Shown piece after piece: positions 24,205-36,680 of a stretch of DNA of 64,000 nt (its first letter is position 1; every line of letters begins with the position of its first letter). Position numbers and translations under genes: made by a program. The notes under the pieces are model-generated. The model worked only from the letters and a program-made list of their open reading frames with translations. It was not told where the DNA came from and did no database searches. This stretch comes from Octopus sinensis (Eukaryota). Where the stretch lies: contig NC_043002.1 of the NCBI RefSeq assembly GCF_006345805.1, positions 11,036,001 to 11,100,000 on the forward strand, given 5' to 3'.

Positions 24205-24740
24205 TAAAGTCGCCGACCTGGCAGAAACGTTAGCACGCCGGGCGAAATACGTAGCCGTATTTCGTCTGCCGTTACGTTCTGAGTTCCGCCGAGGTCGACT
24301 TTGCCTTTCATCCTTTCGGGGTCGATAAATTCAGTACCAGTTACGCACTGGGGTCGATGTAATCGACTTAATCCGTTTGTCTGTCCTTGATTGTCCCCTC
24401 TGTGTTTAGCTCCTTTTGGGTAGTAAAGAAATAGGTATTTCGTCTGCCGCTACGTTCTGAGTTCAAATTCCGCCGAGGTCGACTTTGCCTTTCGTCCTTT
24501 CGGGGTCGATAAATTAAGTACCAGTTACGCACTGGGGTCGATATAATCGACTTAATCCGTTTGTCTGTCCTTGTTTGTTCTCTCTGTGTTTAGCCCCTTC
24601 TGGGTAGTAAAAAAATAGGTATTTCGTCTGTCTTTATGTTCTGAGTTCAAAATCCGCCGAGATCGACTTTGCCTTTTTATCCTTTCGGGGTCGATTAAAT
24701 AAGCACCAGTTACGCACTGGGGTCGATATAATCGACTTAA
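24205..24740 (+). mobile_element. SINE-A array (three units, last lacks tail)
   Basis: Repeated A units; the third ends at ATCGACTTA, directly before the Tx1-like element. Confidence 0.9.
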
Positions 24741-27142
24741 ATGTAAAATAAACTGTGAAATATTAAGTATGCCGACGGCAGAAAAATTTGTAGGGACGGC
24801 AAAAAAGATTAATTTTGCAGCTGCGGCTGGACTGAAAAAAAGAAAAATTATCTGTTGACAAAAATGTACTAATGCAGCACCAAACCATGTTTTCAAAGGA
24901 GGGATACGACGTAAAAGCCACCCTCCCGAGTGAAATTATAGAAGAAGCGGCAAAAAAAAAATAGCCGTATTTAAAACTCTTGTTGTAAAAGAAAATAATC
25001 TAGACAAAGCACCAAAAGAAGCTATAGAAAAATGCCTACAGCCGATCTGGCAGAACATAGAATACCTGACCAGAGGCAAATGCTTTGCCACGCTAGTAGT
25101 GTATTTCAAAAGTGAAGAGAAAGCGAAAATACATTCGGTACAACCTTTGAAAACCACGGATTTTGTATTGCTGCCAACATACTTTGGCAGGCGCACGTCA
25201 ATGATCACGGTAGAAGATATCCCGCCAGAAATGAACGTATCATGGCTATTCCCAGCCATACTAATGAGAATAATAGAAATAACGATATAAGAGACCTCAA
25301 AAATACCCCAGCAGAACTGGAAGGGGCAAGGCCTCGAGGTCATTATCCAAGCAGCGCCTCAGACCCTGAAAATGATCACAGAGAACATACACCTCGGAGA
25401 AGAAACCACCTTACGGGTAATGGTGGAGGGGAGAAGACCCCGGTGCTTCAAATGTAGAGAGAAAGGCCACATTCGGGCAAACTGTCCTACCCGTAAGGTG
25501 GAGACGGCTCAAAAAAAGAACGCAGAAGACCGACCAGTAGGCTCCCAGCAATGAAAACACTCAACTAGCTGGGAGTGAAGAAGGATGGTCTACGATAAAA
25601 AGGAAGAAATTAACCAAAAGGAAGAACCCCAATCCCATCCCTTCAACATCCAGCTCGAACAAGAAAAAAGCTCCCTCAACAGACACACACACGAAACTCA
25701 AACTACCCCAACCCACCACTATTCACCAAAAGAAACACCGATATCTCCTCCTTCCAACCCTGATAACCTCCCCTCCCCTCCCTCCCACTCAGCCCTGAAA
25801 TTTCACCCCTCCAATCCCCATCCTCCAGTCCCCGATCTCTCCCCCGTATATCCCCTCCGTCCGGCCCAGAAAAATCATCCCTCCAGTCCTGGAAAAAATA
25901 TATGGCAAAACAAGTTACTATTAGTGGCAATAAATGCCACGAACGAACAATTGACAACTAGAATTTAAAATATTCCTACAGCAGAAATCTTCAAAGGACA
26001 TTACACTAAACGGATCTTTTCGGTTTGACCGGCAGTTTTTTTTTAATAATTTCCACGTAACTAAACACTTTTAAACTTCGTATACTGGTAGAATGTGTTT
26101 ATAAAACATATTTTTCTCTTGGCTTTATTGAGAAAATTCTATAGTTTGTAAGATATTTGTTGGTTTTTTCTTCAATTTCTGCAATTTCAACCAATCAATG
26201 ACATCTATTGAGGTGAAAACATTCTGTGCCGTATGGATATGTCCCTCGTTTAAGAAACAGATTGGGCTTATTTACATTTCTGAAGAAAAAAATATACCCT
26301 TCCCCCCACCCCTAACCCTAACCCTAACTAACCCTAACTCTAACCCTAACCCTAAAACAGATTGAAATGCAATAGATCGATACTAGGGTCATAATTATGG
26401 GTGACAATTTCATATGACACCGATAGAAAAAACTGCCGTTCAAACCGAATAGATCCCGCTAAACTTCCAGAAGGAATTATGATAATACAAATAGACGACA
26501 TAAGCCTTGTAATATTAAAATCATATTTCCTCACAGACATAGGCTAGAGACACTATGGAGGGATTAGCATTAGCTAAGGACTTATGCCAAACAACTGTTG
26601 TCAAGTACAGGAAGAGTACAGCTATCGACTGAGTCAATAGTAAAAACTGACCCACCGGATTTCCTACCGAAAGAAGGTAAGAATTGCTTTCCCGTCATTG
26701 TAGCAATTGCGAAAGAGGTGATTTGGAAGACGCGAATGAAAGGGTTAATAACAGGCATTTTTATCTCTGGCCCTGGCTTGGTGAATTTCTTCACCTTCCA
26801 CCTAAGAAAGAAAATAGGGTTAGATAAAAAATGCCTGTCTGCGAAAATGTTCCAAGATCGATGGAAGAATGTCGCACGAATGTTGCGTATAGATGGAACC
26901 GAATGAATACAACGCAGGATGAACCCAAAGCATCAGTGTTGAGACGGGGTCTCGTGGTGTCCGAGCATATCCCGCCTCTCCACTCGATTCTGTATTGTTG
27001 TCTTGTATATGTTATCATTCGAACTATTCATATTTATGTAAAATTTTTAAATTCATCTTTTTGTTAACTCATACGATAAATCTGACCCCATATCAGATTG
27101 TACTGTCCTCTCTTTGTTCTCCCCTTGTGGGAAATAAAAAAT
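24741..27142 (+). mobile_element. Internally deleted L1/Tx1-like element: degenerate ORF1, ORF2 C-terminal remnant and 3' UTR
   Basis: ORF1 from ATG 24769, frameshifted: LPTYFGRR..VEDIPPE..VEGRRPRCFKCREKGHIRANC (CCHC knuckle). 26598-26906 has AKEVIWKTR..FQDRW, typical of L1/Tx1 ORF2 C-termini. No endonuclease or RT. Confidence 0.8.
26012..26456 (-). mobile_element. TTAGGG-carrying MITE nested in the Tx1-like element
   Basis: GGATC...GATCC TIRs; 8-bp TSD C(A/G)CTAAAC; (CCCTAA)n at 26311-26355. Confidence 0.95.
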
Positions 27143-27870
27143 TTGCGAAATGCTTATCGGTATTTCATCTGACTTTACGTTCTGAGTTCAAATTCCGCCG
27201 AGGTCGACTTTACTTTTCATCCTTTCGGGGTCGATTAAATATGTACCAGTTACGCACTGTGGACGATATAATCGACTTAATCCCTTTGTCTGTCCTTGTT
27301 TGTCCTCTCTGTGTTTAGCCCCTCGTGGGTAGTAAAGAAATAGGTATTTCGTTTGCCGTTACTTTGTGAGTTCAAATTCCGCCGAGGTCGACTTTGCCTT
27401 TCATCCTTTCGGGTTCGATAAATTAAGTACCAGTTACGCACTGGGGTCGATGTAATCGACTTAAAACCTGTGTCTCTCGTTAGTCCACTCTCTGTTTAGT
27501 CCCTTGTGGATAATAAAGAAATAGGTATTTCGTCTACCGTTACGTTCTGAGTTCAAATTCCGCCGAGGTCGACTTTGCCTTTCATCTTTTCGGGGTCGAT
27601 AGATTAAGTACCAGTTACACACTGGGGTCGATATAATTGACTTAATCCGTTTGTCTGTCCTTGTTAGTCCCCTCTGTGTTTAGCCCCTTGTGAGTAGTAA
27701 AGAAATAGGTATTTCGTCTGGTATTTCGTCTGCTGCTACGTTCTGAGTTCAAATTCCGCCTTTCATCTTTTCGGGGTCGATAAATTAAGTACCAGTTGCG
27801 TACTGGGATCGATATAATTGACTGGCCCCTTTCCTAAAATTTCGGGCTTTATTCCTAGAGTAGGAAATAA
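27143..27870 (+). mobile_element. SINE-A array (four units, terminal tail-2)
   Basis: Repeated A units starting at GCGAAATGCTT. Confidence 0.9.
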
Positions 27871-28119
27871 TATATTTTAAACATACGTCCAATTTACATT
27901 AGTAATTCATCACTTTTCTCAATTAATCATTGCCTTGTTATGTATTCTGTCCTCTATAAATATTTAATTGCAGTTCCTTTGAATTAATCAGAGTATCCTG
28001 ACGCATTACTTTCATAGAAGCTACCCATCAACAACAATCACAAACCATCTATTAGAAAGTTGTTGACATTTCTCTAATTCATTACTGATCAACGATATAT
28101 TTTATGTGTTTGATATTAG

Positions 28120-28790
28120 AAGGGTTCTGAGTTCAAATTCCGCCGAGGTCGACTTTGCCTTTCCCCTTTCGGGGTCGATAAATTAAGTACCACAAGAGAA
28201 CTGGGGGGTCGATGTAATCGATTCGCTTACTCCCACGAAATTGCAGGCCATGTGCCAAGATCTGAAACTGATATTAGAAGACATGTTACCACACCGGACA
28301 AAAAGCTTAATGGTATTTATTCCGTCTTAAGGCGGCGAGCTGGCAGAAATGTTAGCACGCCGGACGAATTGCTTTGTGGTATTTCGTCCGCTGCTGCGTT
28401 CTGAGTTCAAATTCCGCCGAGGTCGACTTTGCCTTTCATCCTTTCGGGGTCGATTAAATAAGTACCACTTACGCACTGGGGTCGATATGATCGACTTAAT
28501 CCGTTTGCCTGTCCTTGTTTGTCCCTTCTGTGTTTAGCCCCCTGTGGGTAGTAAAGAAATAAGCATTCTGTCTTTGCATAAGTCAGCGAGCTGGCAGAAA
28601 CGTTAACACGCTGGGTGAAATGCGTAGGTATTTATTCCGTCTTTGCATTCTGAGTTCAAATACCACCGCGGTCGACTTTGTCATCCTTTTGGGGTCGATA
28701 AAATAGGTACCAGTCAACTACTTGCGTCGATGTAATCGATTAACACTTAACCCCTAAAGTTTAGGCTTTATTACCTTTATGAGAAACGAA
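28120..28790 (+). mobile_element. Cluster of SINE-A copies
   Basis: Units at ~28120, 28329 and 28580. Confidence 0.85.
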
Positions 28791-28921
28791 ATATGAAAAT
28801 GCGAAAAGGCAGTGAATTACTAGAATGATAAGCGAGTCGGACAAAATGCATAACAGTGTTTCTTACAGCTTTATGTTCTGAGTTCAAATCCTTCGGTGGT
28901 CAACTTTGTCTTTCGTTCACT

Positions 28922-29976
28922 GGAGCTAATACAGTTTCGCACCTCTCCTTGAGAAATGCATTTTTTTGAAAAAAATGTTTCGGATTCCTACGTTTTATTA
29001 CGAATATGCAAAAAGAAAAAAAAGTTGGAACTTTTTCGAATTTTTTTCCCCTTATGTTTTAGATGGTGGAGGCACATGGTCTAGTGGCTAGAGCAGCGGA
29101 CTCGCAGTCGAGGGATCGCGGATTCGAATCTCAGACCGGGCGATGTGTGTGTTTATGAGCGAAACACCTAAGCTCCACACAGCTCTGGCAGAAGGTAATG
29201 GCGAACTTCTGCTGACTCTTTCGCCACAACTTTCTCTCACTCTTTCCTCCTGCATCTTGCAGCTCACTTGTGACTGACCGGCGTCCCATCCAGGTGGGGA
29301 ACCTATACGCCAAGGAACCGGGAAGCCCGCCCTTATGAGCCAGGCATGGCTCGAGAAGGAACAAACAATGTTTTAGATGACGGAGATTCCGAATATTCTG
29401 GAAAGCACGTTTTCAAAATTTTAAATTCAATAATCATATAGATATGTATACAAAGAGATAGATATGAATGTCTTCCTGAGGTTAAAAACAACAGTAACAA
29501 CGTCTTCTATAGGACCGCCACATTTAGTTGACAAATATATTTTATGAACAAACGAACAGGGATAAATAAATAAATGGATGAAAAAGTTCAAACTATAAAA
29601 TTGAGGTGGGGAGTGAAATTTGAGCCCCTTATTAAACTTAATAACCTTAATTATTAAACATTGTTTCTCATAAAATGACGTATATTTGATTTACATTAAA
29701 TTATTATTTACGATTATTTAAGGCAAAACACAAGTAAAACGCTAATTCTTTTCACTTTAATGTTTTTTGTCTGTATTTAATTTCGATTTGCATTTGTTCG
29801 TCAATACGCTTCGATCTCTTTAAAGTAAACAAAACCAAGAATTTTAATTGGCGGTGGTGAAATTAAATTTTTGGTTTTTTTTGCATATTCGTAATCTCCG
29901 ACATCTAAAACGTAGGAATGCGAAAAAAAATTTTAATGCATTTTTCAAAAAGAGGTGCGAAACTGCATTAGCCTCC
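28922..29976. mobile_element. Non-autonomous DNA transposon with long TIRs, superfamily unresolved
   Basis: GCTAATACAGTTTCGCACCTCT at the left, AGAGGTGCGAAACTGCATTAGC at the right, plus inverted subterminal blocks (TTACGAATATGCAAAAA / TTTTTGCATATTCGTAA). Confidence 0.8.
29065..29368 (+). mobile_element. tRNA-derived SINE, family C tail type 2
   Basis: A/B boxes TGGTCTAGTGG and GATTCGAATCT; TSD ATGTTTTAGAT; (AAAC)n tail. Confidence 0.9.
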
Positions 29977-30113
29977 ATTCATTCGGGACTCGATAAAAAA
30001 TCCTGGCTCTGTGCAAAAAATTGGTAAGGCTGTTAGAAGACACACAAACATCAAAATTATTTTCAAAAATACTTGATTGCAAATTAAAATTTTCCTAGTT
30101 TAAATATGAACTT

Positions 30114-30405
30114 GTGGAGGCACATGGCCTGGTGGTTAGAGCAGCGGATTCGCGGTCGAGGGATCGCGGGTTCGAATCTTAGACCGGGCGATGTGTGTGT
30201 TTATGCGCGAAAAACCTAAGCTCCACGCGGCTCCGGCTGAAGGTAATGGCGAACTTCTGCTGACTGTTTTGCCACAACTTTCTCTCACTCTTTCCTCCTG
30301 CATCTTGCAATTCACCTGGGACGGTACGGCGTCTCGTCCAGGAAACCGGGAAACCGGCCCTTATGAGCCAGACATAGCTCGAGAAGGACCAAACAAACAA
30401 ACAAC
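30114..30405 (+). mobile_element. tRNA-derived SINE, family C tail type 2
   Basis: Matches 29065-29368. Confidence 0.9.
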
Positions 30406-30635
30406 AAAACTCTTCCACCTTAGCTTAAAAAAGAAAAGCATTATCGTATCTCATATACTGATTCTTGAACAAGACATTTCTGCAAAAAATCAAATGGTTC
30501 TGTGTTCGATCCCATTGCCTGGTACTTGTAGCAAGCGTCCTCTAACATAATCTCGGCTGGACAGTGTTTTGAGAGTGGAACTTTATGGAAAAGGAATTCT
30601 TTAACAATACGCCCTATATGCGCGTGCAATGCATA

Positions 30636-31208
30636 TCCTTTTCTACTCTAGGGACAAGGCCCGAAATTTGGGGGGAGGAGGCCAGTCGATTAGTTCGACC
30701 CAGTACGCAACTGGTACTTAATTTATCGACCCCGAAAGGATAAAAGGGTAAAGTCGATCTCGACGGAATTTGAACTCAGAACGTAGCGGCAGACGAAATA
30801 CCTATTTTTTTACTACCCACATGGGGCTAAACACAAACAAGGACAGACAAAGGGATTAAGTCGATTATATCGACCCCAGTGCGTAACTGGTACTGAATTT
30901 ATCGACCCCGAATGCATGAAATGTAAAGCCGACCGCGGCGGAATTTGAACTCAGAACGTAACGGCAGACGAAATGCCTATTTCTTTACTACCCACAAGGG
31001 GCTAAACACAGAGAAGAGAAACAAGGACAGACAAACGGATCAATCGATTACATCGACGCCAGTGCGTAACTGGTACTTAATTTATCGACCCCGAAAGGAT
31101 GAAAGGCAAAGTCGACCTCGGCGGAATTTGAACTCAGAATATAAAGACAGACAAACTACCACTAAGCATTTCGCCCGGCGTGCTAACGTTTCTGCCAGCT
31201 CGCCGCCC
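30636..31208 (-). mobile_element. SINE-A array (three units)
   Basis: Reverse complement of A units with terminal tail-2. Confidence 0.9.
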
Positions 31209-31619
31209 TAAAATTCTACATTAATTAAAATAGAAATAATGGTTTCTAATTTAGGCACCCGACCAGCAATCTTGCGGTGGGTTTGGGTGAGGTTAGTCAA
31301 TTAAAACTGAACCCAGCATTAGACATGTACAGTATTTTACGGACTCTGTAAGGAGGGAAAGCAAAGTTGACCTGGGCAAGATTTGAACTCGGGATCTACA
31401 CAACCAGAATAAATACCACAATATAAAACATATTTTGAAGATACTCGTCTCCAACAACATGCACAGTATGATTCGTTCGATAGAAATTGAATGTCTGTCA
31501 ATTTTAACACAAATTCATTCAAATCTTTAGAATTAGTCAAATCCACACGACTATTCAAAATCTAAACGCACCACTGTGATGAAGGCATTGAAATAAATAC
31601 GAATTAATTGTATCGGGAT

Positions 31620-32420
31620 TCTTCCAATTCTTCGTTCACTTGGTTTTCTTCTATTCTCTACATTTGGATTCTTCCATTTGTCTATATCTATAACGATTCT
31701 TCCCTTTTCTGTTTATAGTTGGATTCTTCCTTTTCTCTTTGTATCTCGATTCTTCCATTTTGATTTCTTTCTTTTTTGCAATTGGATTCTAAAATTTTAT
31801 TTTTGTATTTGGAATCTTCCGTTTTCTTTTCAGATTTGCTGCCTTCTCCTTTCTATATATCTAAAGGATTCTTCTATATTTTCTCTATTTTTCGATTCTT
31901 CAATTTTATCTTATATTTAGATTATTCCATTTCCAAATTGCAAGTGGATTCTTAATTTTTCTCATTATATTTAGATTATTCCATTTTCTCTTTGTATATG
32001 AATTCTACAAATAACTTTCTTCGTCTTGGGGTTCTACCAGATTTTGTATTTGGGTTCTTCCATTTTTTCTTTTCGTTTGAATTCTTCCATTTTCTCTTTT
32101 CGTTTGGATTCTTCCATTTTCTCTTTTCTTTTAGAACCTTCCATTTTTTTCTCTTTGAGTTAACCCATTTTTCCATTGTATTTTTCCATTGTATTTTTCC
32201 ATTTTGTCTTTGCACATTCATCCTTCAATTTTCTTTTTATATTTGCATTCCTCCATTTTCTCTTTTTTCCGTAAATTCTTCCATTTTCTCTTTGTATCTG
32301 GATTCTACCATTTCCTCTATCATGTTTAAATTCTTCCACTTTCTGTATGTATTTTGACTCTTCCATTTTGTCTTTCTATTTGGATTATTCCATTTTCTAT
32401 TTTTATTTCAATTCTTCAAT
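31620..32420. repeat. Degenerate ~27-30-bp pyrimidine-rich minisatellite
   Basis: Recurring GGATTCTTCCATTTTCTCTTTGTATTT motif. Confidence 0.85.
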
Positions 32421-32784
32421 TCGGTCATACAACGTCTTGCTTTAACAACACAGTTCCATTCCTGATCTTAAAAACATGACAGAATTATCCCACTCAAAGT
32501 AGACCAGTGTTTGTAATTTAAAAAAATACTCATTTGAGGATGTATTCGTTGCTACCAATAGACAATATGATATTTAAATGCAGAGGCGGTGGTCTTTTCA
32601 ACACAGAGTGAATTTTAAATGCATAGAAAAGTGTATCAGCACGTTTGTTCCAAGTAAAATTTTATCTCTTTGAATTTAGACGTTCAGAGGTTTCCTACTT
32701 AGATTATCGTTTCCCATCGGTTTTTAGGAACTTTGCCAATGCGTAGTTTCAAGTTTGAATCTTTCTTCATTCTTTTATTCTCTT

Positions 32785-33328
32785 ATTCTTTTACTTGTAT
32801 CAGTCATTTGACGGCGGCCATGCTGTGGTACCAGCTTGAAGAAATTTTAGTCGAACGAATCGACCCCAGTAATTTTGTTGTTGTTGTGGTTGTTGCTGTT
32901 GTTGTTATTGTCTTTTAAGCCTGGTACTTAGTCTATTGGTCTCTTTTGTTGAACCGTTAAGTTACAGGGCTGTAACCGCATCAACACCGATTGTCAAATG
33001 GCGGTAGGGGACGAACACGAACACAAAGATACACACACTAACACACACACGCACGCACATACACACATACACCAGCACATAAACACACACACACGCATAC
33101 ATACACACATACACACACATACACACACACGCACACAAACAAATACATATATACACATATACGGTGGGCTTCTTTCAGTTTCCATCAATCAAATCCACTT
33201 ACAAAAGGTTTTGGCCGGCCCGAGGCTATAATAAAAGACACTTGCCCAAGATATCACGTAGCGGGATTGAACCCAGAAGCAGTCGTTAGGGAGCAAACGT
33301 CTTGCAGCACAGCAACCTCTGCGCCTAT
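32785..33328 (-). mobile_element. Older SINE-B copy
   Basis: Reverse complement of B with an expanded (CA)n. Confidence 0.85.
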
Positions 33329-33857
33329 AATAGGGACTAAATTTCTCCCGTATGTAAAGGGTCGCTCACCCACGCTTTAATGAAACGGGTTTAATATATT
33401 AGTGAGAGGAAATTTACATATATTTACCGTCCAAAAGAGCTGGAGGCAACAGCTTTTCCTCTGCTGTATGATAGATTAAAGGGCTGATAAATGATGACAA
33501 TTATAACACCAGAATTCGAATGACTAATGGATGCATCGTTTGCAGTCACTCCACTTTTAGCGATTGTGAATGATATGTCCATTAATCGTCCATTAGCAAC
33601 ATAGTCGTTGGTGGTTGCTGAGATAACACATTATTCAACTTGTGATTATATCATTACAAATAGAATACACAGTTTTCACAAAAACTACGTTCACCTTCTG
33701 GCGCAAGCCAATGAGAGAGGCTTTTACGTTGTCACACAATCTGCTAGAAATAGCAATCAAATCTCATCCAAGCCATATTTTAACGTTCTTAAACAGGAAG
33801 GACACATTGGAAAATGTAGTTCTAGATATACTTAGTCTGAAGAAAAAAATTTAGACA

Positions 33858-34998
33858 TAGGCGTAGGAGTGGCTGTGTGGTAAGTAGCGTGCTTATTTGT
33901 GCCTGGGCCACATTAAGAAAAACTGGGCCACATTAAGAAAAACTGTTCCCAGGACCAAGGTAAGGTCCTGGAGCAGTTAATAAAAGTAACGCTTATTTGT
34001 GCCTGGGCCACATTAAGAAAAACTGTTCCCAGGACCAAGGTAAGGTCCTGGAGCAGTTAATAAAAGTAACGCCCCGCTCCCCCATTGGAGGGAGAGATGG
34101 AGGCAGTCGAGGAGGTGGAGATCTCTTCGAAAAAAGGAAAGAAAAGAAAGAAGGTGGTCAACAATGGTTGCCCACCGAACGACCCTAAAGCAGCAGGAGG
34201 GGAGGAAGATCCTCCGAATAAAGCGGAGGTACCACACCCTCCCGTAGCAAAGGGGAGAAAAAGAAAAAAGAAAAAGAACGGGACATTACCGGCATGCCCT
34301 GAAACTTTGTCGGTGCGAGGTGTGCCACCGACAGAGAAAACTGTGGCCCCTCCCAGAGCGACGAGAGATGATTTTGTTATCTTCTTCCATAAGGGAGGGG
34401 CAATACAGAGCTTCTTAAGGAAGCTAGAGAGTCGGAGGGAGGAGCCCATGCCCTGAACTGAAGACCCGGATTGGCCTCCGCACGTGACTACGGAGGTCAG
34501 ATCGGAAATTGATATGTTCAGGGTGGTTGACTCCTTCCCGTAGGACCTGTTTAGGTTCGACTTCTGGGGCCCCGATCTGGAGCTGGAGCATTGCCTACGG
34601 GAGGTATACGACCTGATCAGGGAGGAAGGATAAAGAGGCTTTAGTGCCTGAATGTTTATTGTATGTAAGAGGCTCAGCGCCTCAATTTGTTATGGACTTT
34701 TAATTGTAAGAACTGAAGTAAGAGGTTTAATACCTCGTTTTTTTTTTCCTGTATAAAAAAAGAATAACGTATTAGAGAAGCAAAAATTCGGCGGGCGTTT
34801 TTTGTCTTCTCCCATCAACATCATCCTTTTTCATTATTCATCTCATCAATGTTTTTTGTCCAGCCCACAAGCTACTCTGTGTTATGCCTTTATGGCAAAA
34901 TTTTGAAATAAAGTAGCTTGCTTACCAACTACATTGTTCTAGGTTCAGTTCCACTGCGTGGCACCTTGGGCAAGTGTCTTCTACTATAGCCTCGGGCT
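33858..34998 (+). mobile_element. SINE-B (3'-truncated) split in its head by a retroelement insertion
   Basis: Head at 33858-33895 resumes at 34911. TSD AAGTAGC(G/T)TGCTTA. Confidence 0.88.
33896..34910 (+). mobile_element. 5'-truncated ORF1-only L1/Tx1-like element inserted in SINE-B head
   Basis: Knuckle remnant CLGHIKKNC, basic linker, ORF end at ~34633, ~280-bp 3' UTR, no RT. Internal tandem duplication at 33891-34072. Confidence 0.78.
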
Positions 34999-35164
34999 AT
35001 AGTAAAATGTATTATTAACAAGTTTATAAAGCTACAGTCTATATTAATGCATTGGAATATTTGATAGTTTATTGTTCTGCTATTGTTGTTGATTGCTAGC
35101 AATCTTGTCTGTTCTCTCATTTATTTATTTATTTAACCACGTATGCCTATCATAATATTGATAT

Positions 35165-35375
35165 TAAAATTTTGCCGCAAGGCTGACAAGTTCGGGGAAT
35201 GGGGTAAGTCGATTACATCGACTCCCAGTGCTCAACTGGTACTCATTTTAACGACCCCGAAAGGATGAAGGGCAAAATGGACCTCGGTAGAATTTGAACT
35301 CAGAACATAAGGACGGACGAAATGCCGCTAAGCATTTTACCCGGAGTGCTCACGAATCTACCAGCTCGCCGCCTT
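35165..35375 (-). mobile_element. SINE-A monomer
   Basis: Reverse complement of A head and core. Confidence 0.85.
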
Positions 35376-35406
35376 GGCATACACATCGATGATATTAAGG
35401 TCATAT

Positions 35407-35800
35407 ACTCTTTTTACTCTTTTACTTGTTTCAGTCATTTGACTGCGGCCATGCTGGAGCACCGCCTTTAGTCGAGCAAATCGACCCCGGGACTTATTCT
35501 TTGTAAGCCCAGTACTTATTCTATCGGTCTCTTTTGCCGAACCGCTAAGTGACGGGGACGTAAACACACCAGCATCGGTTGTCAAGCAATGTTAGGGGGA
35601 CAAACACAGACACACAAACACACACATACATATATACGACAGGCTTCTTTCAGTTTCCGTCTACCAAATCCACTCACAAGGCATTGGTCGGCCCGGGGCT
35701 ATAGCAGAAGACACTTGCCCAAGATGCCACGCAGTGGGACTGAACCCCGAACCATGTGGTTGGTTAGCAAGCTACTTACCACACAGCCACTCCGGCGCCT
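35407..35800 (-). mobile_element. SINE-B, full length
   Basis: Reverse complement of the B consensus. Confidence 0.93.
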
Positions 35801-36327
35801 ATATCTCGTTTATTTTTACTTCTGTGATCTTGTAACGGAAGCGATTACGTTTTTTTTTGTCCACGTCTAACGTACGTGCTTCCTGATAAAATCTCTCATA
35901 TTTGGCAGTTTTGTTCATTTTAGTATCCCATTGTTTGGAGAAATACCTTTTCTGCGAAATTTTTGCGACTGAATGCAGTTGTCTTATTATGAAGGTACGA
36001 AGGTTTTTCATCTGATTCGTATATACTATCTAGGTTTAGGAAACGTACGAAAGCAAGGTGAAAACAACTGCTCTCTAAACACTGCACTTGATTCTGATGA
36101 AAACAATATCAATGCTTTTTGGTTGTAGACGCAGTCTTCTGATTGCTATGCTTATTTTTGTCATCTTTTCTTTGTATCTCAGTATCAAGATGCCTACCAA
36201 TCGATATTGTATCACTAAAACATGTAAAGGAGTATACAATTTTCAGATTAATAGCATTGACTTCACTTTGGAACTGTTTTCATTTTTTTTTTTTGTTTGT
36301 TTGTTCGTTTTTTACAACGAATGTTTT

Positions 36328-36680
36328 GGATCTTTTCGCTTTGACCGGCAGATTTTTAAAATAATTCTTTGTAACTAAACACTTTTAAACTTCGTATACT
36401 GGTAGAATGTGTTTATAAAACATCATATGATACCGCAAATAATTGTTGTTGACAAAGATCTGGAGATATTGTATTCACCTCAATAGACGTCATTGATTGG
36501 TTGAAATTGCCGAAATCCAAGAAACTAAACAACAAATAGCTTACAAACTACAGAATTTTCTCAAGAAAGCCAAGAGAAAAAGATGTTTTATAAACACATT
36601 CTACCAGTATACGAAGTTTGAAAGTGTTTAGTTATAAAGAAATTACTTTTAAAAATCTGCCGGTCAAATCGAAAAGATCC
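36328..36680. mobile_element. Symmetric variant of the MITE (same arm at both ends, no TTAGGG)
   Basis: Perfect 8-bp TSD AATGTTTT (36320-36327 and 36681-36688); ~95-bp inverted arms. Confidence 0.93.
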
